The position numbers were made by a program, and so were the translations under genes. A stretch of DNA of 64,000 bases from an uncultured Alphaproteobacteria bacterium (lineage in GTDB: Bacteria; Pseudomonadota; Alphaproteobacteria; Rs-D84), in the NCBI GenBank assembly GCA_934276735.1, contig CAKQTG010000002.1, positions 270,638-334,637 of the forward strand. Reading direction: 5' to 3'. Under the pieces are notes generated by a model that saw only the letters and a program-made list of their open reading frames with translations, was not told the DNA's origin and did not search any database. Below, piece by piece: positions 31,042 through 40,013 of the stretch (its first letter is position 1; each line of letters begins with the position of its first letter).

Positions 31042-31747
31042 TTTTTATCATCCGTTGTGTATTATTATAAATTGTTTCCGCCATTGTTTGCGCAGTGCAG
31101 CCAACCAAATCCGCAATTTGCGCAACCGTGCGCGGCAAAATCCCGCGTGCGACTGAAATTGACGCCGCATCTGATTCAACCAGAATGCGGTCTGGGTCAA
31201 TCGCGCGGGCCGCCACCCCAGGATTTGCCCCGAACGAAAAGTATGCATTTGCGTGCCGCATTATGGCCGAAACAATTTCCGGCGTGCCCCGAAATCCATG
31301 CAGTACCACTGCCGGTGGCATTTTTTGCGTGGCAAATATGTGCAGAATTTTATCCCATGCGCGAACACAGTGAATATGCGCAATGCGCCCAAATTCGCGC
31401 GCTAAATCCAATTGGCGAATAAATACGGGCATTTGCGCATCTATATCGCCACGCGACGCGTCCAGCCCTATTTCACCGACCATCAGTTCGGGATTCGAGC
31501 GCAATAATTGCGCCATCTGGTCCGGTAAAGCGCACGACAATTCATCTACATACCACGGATGAACGCCAATCGCACCCGCCCCGCCACCCACACGCGTGGC
31601 ATCAACCGCGACCGACCAATCGCACGGGCGCGCAGAATTATATATAAATCCACAAACCGCGCCATCGGGCACTGGGGTTACATAATGACAATGCGCATCA
31701 ATATATTTTTGCATATGTTCAGTATATCTGTTTTTTGCGATTTGCAA
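31034..31747 (-). CDS. TatD family metal-dependent hydrolase
   Basis: The N-terminal IDAHCH and the motifs GEIGLD and HCVRAW follow the TatD pattern. Confidence 0.7.
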   Translation of the reverse strand: MQIAKNRYTEHMQKYIDAHCHYVTPVPDGAVCGFIYNSARPCDWSVAVDATRVGGGAGAIGVHPWYVDELSCALPDQMAQLLRSNPELMVGEIGLDASRGDIDAQMPVFIRQLDLAREFGRIAHIHCVRAWDKILHIFATQKMPPAVVLHGFRGTPEIVSAIMRHANAYFSFGANPGVAARAIDPDRILVESDAASISVARGILPRTVAQIADLVGCTAQTMAETIYNNTQRMIKNG

Positions 31748-34358
31748 ACAATATTTTTCCCAGTATCCCGATTGGAATCACCATCGCGGCCAGCAATAAA
31801 ATCGACCACCACTGGTGCCCAGCTAATGGCACGGTATTAAACACGACGCCATCGTATTGGACCAAAACAAACACGCCCACAAATACCATTGCCGCGATAT
31901 AAACAAAGCGCATGTTTTGCCCCAGTCCCGCAAACAGATTTAGACGCGCTGTTCTGATGTTAAATCCGTTCAGCATTGCAACCCAGACCAGCAACACGAA
32001 ACGCGCCGTCATATACTGGCCATCGGCAAAGATGCCAACATTGTGCATCAGCCACAGTCCCGCAAACAGCGCCATAAACACCGCCGTGTATCCGACGATT
32101 TCCCACTTTATCGCGCGTGTCAGCATTGGCGTCCCCTTGGGCACCGGCGGAACATCAAAGTATTCTGGCTTTTCCGGCTCGCCCCCAAACGCCAGGCTGT
32201 TTAGACTGTCCATCAGGATATTCACAATCAAAATCTGGCTGGCAACCAATGCCGGCACCGCCCAGACCAATGGGAATATCACACTCAGCAGCACCAACGT
32301 GAAATTTATCGGCAACTGGAACCGCAAGAACATCGTTATGTTATGCATAAACGTGCGCCCCAGTAATACAGATTTTACGATTGATACAAAATTACTGTCG
32401 GTGACGATGATGTCAGCAGCATCCTTGGCCACATCGGTGCCATTGCCCATGGCGTATCCGACATCCGCCTTTTTCAGTGCCGGCGCGTCATTTGTGCCAT
32501 CGCCACACATCCCACAGCACAGGTGTAATTTCTGGGATATTTTAACAATCCGCAGTTTTGTCGTTGGGGTCGCGCGCGCCACAACACGCAATTTTGGCAG
32601 CAAACGCATCAATGCACCATCTGATTTTTGTTCCAATTCCGCCGCGTTGATACATACATCGCTGTCCCCTGACACGATTCCAGCACTGCGCGCAACCGCA
32701 ATCGCGGTTTCCAGGTTGTCGCCCGTTATCATCATTACCTGGACCCCGGCGCGCTGTATCTGTGCGACGGCGTGTGGAACCTCGGGCCGGACACCATCGT
32801 GAATTGTTACCAATGCCACCAGGACCAAATCCGATGGCAATTCGCCCGCCGACGCGGCGCCACCGCGCCGATATGCAATCGCCAATACGCGCTTTGCCTC
32901 GCGTGCAGATGTGGTCAGGATTTTATTTATCACGCGCCGCGAAATTGGCTGGGCGTTTCCCGCATCATCAACATACGACATGACGCGTTCCAAAATGCAT
33001 TCGGGCGCGCCGGTGTAAAACGTCATATTTCCCGCCACACTGGCCGCGGTGAATTTATACTCACTGTCAAATGGCAATTTGTGTTTGATGCGCAATTTGG
33101 CCACGGTTTCAGAATATTGCGCGTCCGGCACCAGTGCCAGTAATGCGCGATCGGTACTGTTTCCGCCACGGATTTCACGGCCAACATATTCCGCGCCATT
33201 TGTCGCAACAATTGCATTTTGTAACAAATGACGCAATTTCGCGGGCCCATGCGCCATATCCAGCGCATCGCCATTGCCACGGAACACATCCGCCACAACC
33301 ATATTTCCATATGTCAGTGTTCCCGTTTTATCGGTGCACAGTAATTGGATATTGCCGGCCTCGGGTATCTTGGCGGGATTCTTTGCCAATATGTTTGCGC
33401 GCGCCATACGACCCGCATTTTGTGATGTCACCAATGAAATAATCAACGGCAATCCCTCGGGCACGGCGGCGATTATAATAACAAATGCCGTGGTCAATAC
33501 GGTGCACACATCGCGAAATATCGCCAGTCCCCCACCCGCCAAATATGCCGTCATACCGCCGGCCGTCCAAACATCCGCGCCCAGCAAGATTACCGCAATA
33601 ATCGCCGCCCCAATAAACCCGAATATGCTGATTTTCTGGGCCAGGTCATCCAGTTGCATCTGCAGTGATGTTTTTTCAGGGGTTATATCCTGCATCATGA
33701 TAATTCCAGCGGCATTTTCTGTGGCGGTGCCAACATTGCTGACCCGCATTATTCCAACGCCCGACGTCACCATTGTGGCGGCAAACAAACTGGATTCATC
33801 TGTGAAATCATCGCCAGATACCGTGCGCCGCACCCCAATTTCAAATGGCGGGCGCGCACCGCGCCACGCGACCTTTGGCGCACTGGCCGATTCACCGTTT
33901 AACGCCGAATTATCCACAGAAATTTGTCCGTCAACCAGGTATCCATCGGCATATATTCCGTCACCCGCGGCCAACGCAACCAAATCACCCACCACAATGT
34001 CGGACGACAATATTCTGGATTTTTGCCCATTGCGAATAACGTTCACATAGTGCACCGAATTCTGGCGACGCAAATCATTGGCGAAACGTTGACTTTTCAG
34101 ACCGGTACTGGTGTTTATTATACTGATTATGACCAGAATCAGACCGATACCAATAACCTCGGTCACATTATCAAAACCAAAGAATGACAGCACCACAAAC
34201 AGCAGCAATAACACCAGCAGTATCAGATTCAGTTTATCCTTGAACGTGTCGGCCCAAAATTGAAACCAGGTTTTCAACCTGGGTTCTGGCAGAACATTTT
34301 TACCATATCGTTGTCGGCTGTTTATTACGTCAGAATCTGACAGTCCTGAAAGTTTCAT
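31719..34358 (-). CDS. cation-transporting P-type ATPase (Mg/Ca-type)
   Basis: The phosphorylation site is CTDKTGTLT. MITGDN and GDGTNDAPALKKADVG are present, and there are 8-10 TM helices. Confidence 0.85.
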   Translation of the reverse strand: MKLSGLSDSDVINSRQRYGKNVLPEPRLKTWFQFWADTFKDKLNLILLVLLLLFVVLSFFGFDNVTEVIGIGLILVIISIINTSTGLKSQRFANDLRRQNSVHYVNVIRNGQKSRILSSDIVVGDLVALAAGDGIYADGYLVDGQISVDNSALNGESASAPKVAWRGARPPFEIGVRRTVSGDDFTDESSLFAATMVTSGVGIMRVSNVGTATENAAGIIMMQDITPEKTSLQMQLDDLAQKISIFGFIGAAIIAVILLGADVWTAGGMTAYLAGGGLAIFRDVCTVLTTAFVIIIAAVPEGLPLIISLVTSQNAGRMARANILAKNPAKIPEAGNIQLLCTDKTGTLTYGNMVVADVFRGNGDALDMAHGPAKLRHLLQNAIVATNGAEYVGREIRGGNSTDRALLALVPDAQYSETVAKLRIKHKLPFDSEYKFTAASVAGNMTFYTGAPECILERVMSYVDDAGNAQPISRRVINKILTTSAREAKRVLAIAYRRGGAASAGELPSDLVLVALVTIHDGVRPEVPHAVAQIQRAGVQVMMITGDNLETAIAVARSAGIVSGDSDVCINAAELEQKSDGALMRLLPKLRVVARATPTTKLRIVKISQKLHLCCGMCGDGTNDAPALKKADVGYAMGNGTDVAKDAADIIVTDSNFVSIVKSVLLGRTFMHNITMFLRFQLPINFTLVLLSVIFPLVWAVPALVASQILIVNILMDSLNSLAFGGEPEKPEYFDVPPVPKGTPMLTRAIKWEIVGYTAVFMALFAGLWLMHNVGIFADGQYMTARFVLLVWVAMLNGFNIRTARLNLFAGLGQNMRFVYIAAMVFVGVFVLVQYDGVVFNTVPLAGHQWWSILLLAAMVIPIGILGKILFANRKKQIY

Positions 34359-34457
34359 AATTTATCCCCTGTGCGCGTAATTATTATAAAACATAGGGCC
34401 GCTTTGCAATGGTTATTTTTTCACGCGCACGCGACGCAATTTATGGTATAATATGGG

Positions 34458-34990
34458 GTAACAAAGGGGAGCGGCAATGAAAGTATCATTTGTTATGTAT
34501 GATATGCCACATGGGTTTGACTGTATAGATTGCACACCACAGCAACTCAGGTTTTTCGAGAATATGTATCGCCCTGACCAATGGGGACGTTGTATACAGT
34601 TATCTGATGTATCCGGACAAAAACACGCCATTTCTGGACTGTGACGGGCGTGGCGGCACGTTTCTGGGGATGTCAATCGTGTTGCCCGGCATATATCTGC
34701 GCAACACGGACAAATTGGATAAATTCTTTCAAGAATTTTGTAAAAAATACATAGATAACCAGATTGTTTCCACGCGACCAAATGGTGTGCGTCGGTTTCT
34801 GGTGTCACGCCTGGGCACGCCCCAGATGGAAAAGTATATTACAAACGCGCTGAACGAATTTGCGCGCGAACGGCCCGATTTAAATTTCACAGAATCTGCC
34901 GCGCATATATTCAACGCCAATCCAATTCACGATAAACCCGCCCATTTCGGGCGGTTTTTGTGCCAGGATATAGAAAAAATATTTCAAACT
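34458..34990 (+). other. possible frameshifted gene (ORF 34458-34628 continuing in +1 frame from 34607)
   Basis: Two overlapping ORFs in adjacent frames are joined across an A5 run (ggacaaaaacacg). The downstream ORF has no stop before it overlaps the convergent CYTH gene. Confidence 0.25.
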
Positions 34991-35544
34991 CCCTGCTGTT
35001 TGCGCAACATCAGTTCGGGCTTTCCCGCATTTAACTCTGGCGACACAGAGAACCCCAGCGCATCTATGAATGATTGTATTTGTGATTTGATATGCGCAAC
35101 GTCCACATCATCTGCGGTGCAATATTCTACCTCTAAAAACAAGCCAAGATTCGTCACTGTTTCAAACTCAATCATATAATCGCCGGCCCGATATGTGCGT
35201 TTCAAATTGTCAATTTTTACCAATTCACGCAATCCCAATGCATTGATTATGCCGGTCAATATGGTCATATCGCCAACAGTTGTTTCCAATTCTTCCGAAT
35301 ACAACCAAGTATCACCATCAAAATGGTCTTTTTTATACGTAATGTAATTTATACCGTCTTTCTGGCGCGTACGAAAGCAAGCACACAAACGCCCGCCATG
35401 ATCTGGACACAAATCTGTGCGCAATGGGTCATAATAATATGTATCAACAGTATGTTTATTACCGACAAATTCAAAAGATGATAATTTTTGCAACACTGTC
35501 TGCTCGTCTGCAAAAACCTGAACCAAGATTTCAATTTCCTTCAT
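34984..35544 (-). CDS. CYTH domain protein (class IV adenylate cyclase/triphosphatase fold)
   Basis: The N-terminal MKEIEILVQV contains the ExExK signature. The length of 186 aa is typical for CYTH. Confidence 0.55.
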   Translation of the reverse strand: MKEIEILVQVFADEQTVLQKLSSFEFVGNKHTVDTYYYDPLRTDLCPDHGGRLCACFRTRQKDGINYITYKKDHFDGDTWLYSEELETTVGDMTILTGIINALGLRELVKIDNLKRTYRAGDYMIEFETVTNLGLFLEVEYCTADDVDVAHIKSQIQSFIDALGFSVSPELNAGKPELMLRKQQGV

Positions 35545-35607
35545 TTAAGCTCTCCATTTCTTATCGGCCTGGTCGATAAAAACTAAAACGCCCATTGCGG
35601 GTGGGGG

Positions 35608-35973
35608 TTACATGCATGAATACGAATAGGATTCTGGCATTCTGTATAAATTATTGGTCACCGCATCAATAAATACTGGTATTATTCCCAATAGGAATCC
35701 GGGAAATACGTCCAACACGACCGCGCCCGTATTCAGATTACGCGGCACGGTTGGTGACGGACAATCTGTATTCTTGCTGGTGATTGTCATTTCATTTGCC
35801 GAATATATTTTCATACTTTGTTCTGGTTTGATTTTATAGATTCCACTGTCCGCGGACACCGTTATCATTTCATCAGAATTGTTATAAATATTGGTTTCAT
35901 GATTACTGCCGATACCAATCGCACCACATGACGCCAACACGCCCACAGAACACAAAATTGCCAATTTTCTCAT
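35608..35973 (-). CDS. lipoprotein
   Basis: The signal peptide MRKLAILCSVGVLASCG carries the lipobox LASC. Confidence 0.5.
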   Translation of the reverse strand: MRKLAILCSVGVLASCGAIGIGSNHETNIYNNSDEMITVSADSGIYKIKPEQSMKIYSANEMTITSKNTDCPSPTVPRNLNTGAVVLDVFPGFLLGIIPVFIDAVTNNLYRMPESYSYSCM

Positions 35974-36185
35974 TTCTTACATCCCCCTTGGGTATTATTT
36001 CCCAGTATGCGGGCCAACGCATCCGCTGTCAACAAATTTACGGTCTGGAATTTACCGCCGTAAAATACCGCACAGGTGTTCGTCCGCGATATTTTCAGGC
36101 GTTAAATTTATAAACTCCGGCATATGCGTTTCCTTTTGCCAAATTATAGCACAAAAAACAGCAAGATAAAAACCTTTATCTATCT

Positions 36186-36213
36186 TGACAAAACGAAACT
36201 TTGTATTACAATA
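36186..36213 (+). promoter_or_regulatory. near-consensus sigma70 promoter
   Basis: TTGACA-N16-TACAAT lies 7 nt upstream of the ATG at 36220. Confidence 0.45.
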
Positions 36214-36219
36214 TTCGGT

Positions 36220-37419
36220 ATGGAACACAGACAATATTGTATTTACTGTAACAAAGAAATCACCACCCGCAGCAGCGAGCACGTTATACAAAACGCGCTG
36301 GGCGGCCTGTTGGAATCCGAGGATATTTGTTGTCCTGAATGCAACAATTATATCAGCAAGTATATTGATGCGCCGTTCACCAAGACATTCAACCCAATTA
36401 TCAGCCGCATAGACAATTTTTCCAAGACAAACAACACTAAATCCACACCGCCATGCACAGGCACTGTTTCATATAATGGCCGGGAATACAGCGCAAATAT
36501 CAAAAATGGCAAGGTTGTATCATGCCCTGATTTAAGTCGTGAATTGCGTTGCGATATATCAAAACTGGAAACGCCACCGCAAATTGTATCGTATAATTTT
36601 GATTTGGAAAATACTGCATTTCAGACCGGCATGGCCAAGATTGCATTCAACTATGCAATGTCACAAAACGTGGATTTCAAATACCTGGCGTCTGGTTTGA
36701 TGGTTGAACGCACGGGTAATTCCGTGAATAACATACAGTATAATTACCCTGTTGTGCCGTTTTGCCCGCTGAACCCGGTCGACGCGTTCATAGAAAGTGC
36801 GCCCAACACCACGCCTTTCCACAACATGATTTTGTTTTCCCAGTGTAATGAACTGTGGTGCTATGTCGATTTATTTAATACGTTTCAGTACTATGTATTG
36901 TTATCAGACAATGTACCAAATGGCAAACAGGTATACGCGAATTACACCCAGACGTTGCAAAAACTGAACCGTAATGCGCCAGTATTGGACGATTTGCATG
37001 ACCCGAAAACAGTTATGATTTATGCCCAACAATACGGGGTTGAACCAACCATGAACGCCGCAGAATTTACGCGGCGCGTGAATAATGCCGTGGCAATCAA
37101 ATCGCAAAAGGTGGCGATGTCCAAAATAATTGGTCCGAAAATTGCGAGTATGCCGTTTATGTCAATGATGATGCAAATGCAGGGCGACGCGGCCAGCATG
37201 CAACTGATGTATGATTGTATGCACCTGTATTTTGATGATGATATTTTCCAAGAAAAAAATTTCAGAACCGTGACCCCGGCCCTGGCCGGCGATGGGTCTG
37301 TCGCATACCCGCATGAAATAGTGCGCCTGGTGTCAGAAACCCCAGACATGCTGAGACAATATACAACAATGAAATTCAATAATTTGAATAACCAGTTGCG
37401 CACACAAAAGCAACGATAA
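36220..37419 (+). CDS. HNH-motif protein with a large uncharacterised C-terminal domain (candidate standalone defence nuclease)
   Basis: The N-terminus reads CIYCNKEITTRSSEHVIQNALGG...CCPECNNYIS, which gives two Cys pairs plus H..N. The remaining ~340 aa are unrecognisable. Composition is lower GC than the neighbours. Confidence 0.5.
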   Translation: MEHRQYCIYCNKEITTRSSEHVIQNALGGLLESEDICCPECNNYISKYIDAPFTKTFNPIISRIDNFSKTNNTKSTPPCTGTVSYNGREYSANIKNGKVVSCPDLSRELRCDISKLETPPQIVSYNFDLENTAFQTGMAKIAFNYAMSQNVDFKYLASGLMVERTGNSVNNIQYNYPVVPFCPLNPVDAFIESAPNTTPFHNMILFSQCNELWCYVDLFNTFQYYVLLSDNVPNGKQVYANYTQTLQKLNRNAPVLDDLHDPKTVMIYAQQYGVEPTMNAAEFTRRVNNAVAIKSQKVAMSKIIGPKIASMPFMSMMMQMQGDAASMQLMYDCMHLYFDDDIFQEKNFRTVTPALAGDGSVAYPHEIVRLVSETPDMLRQYTTMKFNNLNNQLRTQKQR

Positions 37420-37519
37420 TATAAAATATGATCGCGGCTCCCTCGCCCACGCGCTGCATGGGACTGCGGGGCATTCGTGACAACGCGCCCGTCAAATTGA
37501 CGTGCGCGTTTACTCATTG

Positions 37520-37771
37520 TCGAACCCCTTCTTCGGGTTCTTCGTCCCTGCGCCCCGGAAAAATTAAACGGCCGCATTAGCGACCGTTGAATTTTTCTGG
37601 TGGGGACACAGGGATTGGCTGCGCCGACCTTGGGCAATCGCCTGGCGGCGACCGGCGTTATTCCGCCTTTGCCCGGCGGTTCGAACCCCTTCTTCGGGTT
37701 CTTCGTCCCGTGTCCGGCAAAAATTAAAACGCCGACAAGCGGCGTTTGAATTTTTGGTGGGGACACAGGGA
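37520..37771. repeat. two ~95 bp direct-repeat units, each a terminator hairpin plus a tRNA-Lys 3'-end copy
   Basis: Units lie at 37520-37614 and 37676-37771. They share ttcgaaccccttcttcgggttcttcgtccc, a terminator-like hairpin, gaattttt and tggtggggacacaggga. The second unit runs into the tRNA gene itself. Confidence 0.6.
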
Positions 37772-37830
37772 CTCGAACCCTGGACCCAATGATTAAGAGT
37801 CATTTGCTCTACCAACTGAGCTATGTCCCC
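37755..37830 (-). tRNA. tRNA-Lys (anticodon CTT)
   Basis: The reverse complement reads GGGGACATAGCTCAGTTGGTAGAGCAAATGACTCTTAATCATTGGGTCCAGGGTTCGAGTCCCTGTGTCCCCACCA, and a full cloverleaf can be drawn. Confidence 0.85.
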
Positions 37831-37928
37831 AAAAACGGAACCTGAATCCGGGGCGTGGTGCCCTCTGTTCAAGGTTCGGGGCAAATTTTGACATAATCTA
37901 AAATAAAAATCAAGTAAAAATCACATTT

Positions 37929-38603
37929 TTATTTATTTTTTGTTGCGCGGATTTGTGCCGACGCCAACAGGCGTTCAAAATCAATCGCACCACCTGCATC
38001 TGTATCCAGCCAATCGGTCACATGCGTCACAATGTTTTCTATATGGTGCGCAATCACCATTTTATTATTACGATATCTGGTTTCGTTAACCATATGTAGC
38101 AATTCGCGCCCCAGGCTCGCCAGCGTCTGAATTTGCGGGGCGGACAACAAATTTGACTGGGCGGCGGCATAGACCACCCCCTCCAATTCTATATGATATG
38201 AGCGCAAGACTTCTATGGTCGACGGTGTTAGATGTATCTTGCGTGCGATTGCCGTCGCAGATAATCCGTCCATCCGGTTCAGTGATTCCAATGTCGCACG
38301 CCCACGCAACCCAACGGATTTACGTAACTGCATTATAATATTCAACACCAGGACATTTATCTTGTCAGTCATATTAGCGGCCAATGTAGTGCTGAGGCGA
38401 CTGGAAATCCGCGAATTTGAATAGTCATACAGCAAAAACACCAATGGTATCGACAACAATGACGCCGCAATATTCGTCACTAAATCAGCCAGTTCTTTGT
38501 CGGCAAGATTATCCTTGGTCACGATAAACAGCACCACCCCACCTGCAATTGATAACAGGTATGGGATACTTTTTAGCATAAAATCACGGAATCGCATGCC
38601 CAT
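37929..38603 (-). CDS. hypothetical membrane protein
   Basis: The 224 aa product has two N-terminal TM helices and a cytoplasmic helical domain with no recognised motif. Confidence 0.4.
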   Translation of the reverse strand: MGMRFRDFMLKSIPYLLSIAGGVVLFIVTKDNLADKELADLVTNIAASLLSIPLVFLLYDYSNSRISSRLSTTLAANMTDKINVLVLNIIMQLRKSVGLRGRATLESLNRMDGLSATAIARKIHLTPSTIEVLRSYHIELEGVVYAAAQSNLLSAPQIQTLASLGRELLHMVNETRYRNNKMVIAHHIENIVTHVTDWLDTDAGGAIDFERLLASAQIRATKNK

Positions 38604-38651
38604 ATATCCAGCATATCAGAAATCATCAAACAAATTCACAGGAACAAAATT

Positions 38652-39890
38652 CTAGGCTATTTCACCACCATACGGACGCACAGTGGTGTTTGGCGTGGGA
38701 TTTGGCATCGTCGCACGACGCGCCGCACGACGACGAGCAAATATCATCGCCCATCCGCCCAGCGACACCAACAGCACCGCTAAAATCGCAATGCTGTTGC
38801 GCCAACTGCCCAGCATAGAACCCAGACCAATTACCAAACAGATAATCATATATGACGTCTGGTCCGCAATGCTGTAAAACGATAAAACCTCCATCCGGTT
38901 TTGCGATGGGATTAAGTTCTGGAATCGTGCATATAACAAAATTTTTATCACCGCACAAATCACATACCCTGCCCCCAACGCCACCAGGCCCCAAATCGTG
39001 TAATCCAGCGCAAACAGTCCAAACAAAGCACCTGCGACAATTATCATCGTATACATTATCATTGGTGACATACCAACGAATTTATGAGCAAATGCCTGAC
39101 CAATAACTTGGCACCCCATAATAAAAAAAGGCACTGCCCCAATGTATGACGCGGGCACCCCAATATCGTATCCTATCAGTGCCAGATAATCGTTCAAATA
39201 TGCAAAATTCGTCACCAACACACACAGCACCAACATAGTCACAATCATGGGCGTCGCACGCATTACTGACACAGCCCCACATATAGATTTTATAACCGAG
39301 CATCCGTTATCGGCGATTCCGCGGTATTTCTGAATCAGATTCATCCGCGATATAAACAGCATCGACAACGCCAGCGACACAATTGACAGTGCAGTTATCC
39401 ATTCATACCCCCACGTCCACAACAGCGACCCCGACGACGACACCGCCGTACCGATGGCGGCAACATTCTTGCGCTGTCCCAAGATTCGTTCATATGCCAG
39501 TGCGTTTGTCCGCGCACGCAATTCGTCATACAGGACGTCTTCGGATACAACGTTATAAATCGCCCCATGCATTCCCCACAGCAGCATTCCAACCGCAAAC
39601 CCGGCAAATGTCGGCCACAAAATCCACAAGATGAACGCCGCCGCCTTTAATACCTGGCCGCTAAACAGCACATTTTTTGCCCCGAAACGTCGCGCCAGGT
39701 GCGCCACCGGGAATTGCGTCACCAGAACTCCGCCTGACCATAACATCAGCAGGACAGATATGCCAAAGTCACTGACCCCGCGGGACTGCATAAACACGGC
39801 ATAGACCGGTGCCAACAGCATTGTTGCGTTAAAGAATGTGTATCCATATATGCACGTCAAAAAATTTCGAACCGAATATTTGTTCGCCAT
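38652..39890 (-). CDS. MFS transporter
   Basis: There are about 12 TM helices across roughly 410 aa, with a G-rich loop motif between TM2 and TM3. Confidence 0.65.
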   Translation of the reverse strand: MANKYSVRNFLTCIYGYTFFNATMLLAPVYAVFMQSRGVSDFGISVLLMLWSGGVLVTQFPVAHLARRFGAKNVLFSGQVLKAAAFILWILWPTFAGFAVGMLLWGMHGAIYNVVSEDVLYDELRARTNALAYERILGQRKNVAAIGTAVSSSGSLLWTWGYEWITALSIVSLALSMLFISRMNLIQKYRGIADNGCSVIKSICGAVSVMRATPMIVTMLVLCVLVTNFAYLNDYLALIGYDIGVPASYIGAVPFFIMGCQVIGQAFAHKFVGMSPMIMYTMIIVAGALFGLFALDYTIWGLVALGAGYVICAVIKILLYARFQNLIPSQNRMEVLSFYSIADQTSYMIICLVIGLGSMLGSWRNSIAILAVLLVSLGGWAMIFARRRAARRATMPNPTPNTTVRPYGGEIA

Positions 39891-40013
39891 GTGGTGGGTG
39901 TATCCTTCCTCTTGCTGCGGGGGCATTATACACTATGTTTTACGGGCCTGTATATTGATTTTTTTTCAAAAAACACTATAATTATATGTGTATTGGATGC
40001 AAAGGATGTGCCC

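Noticed and set aside
37020-37766. A 248 aa minus-strand ORF overlapping the HNH-domain gene, the repeat units and tRNA-Lys.
   Set aside because: It runs antisense through a tRNA gene and the tandem repeats. Its Arg/Gly/Pro-rich translation is typical of a GC-rich antisense read-through, and it has no RBS. I treat it as spurious.
37520-37771. A CRISPR array.
   Set aside because: There are only two repeat units of ~95 bp with a 60 bp spacer and no short regular repeat-spacer periodicity. Nothing CRISPR-like is found elsewhere in the window.
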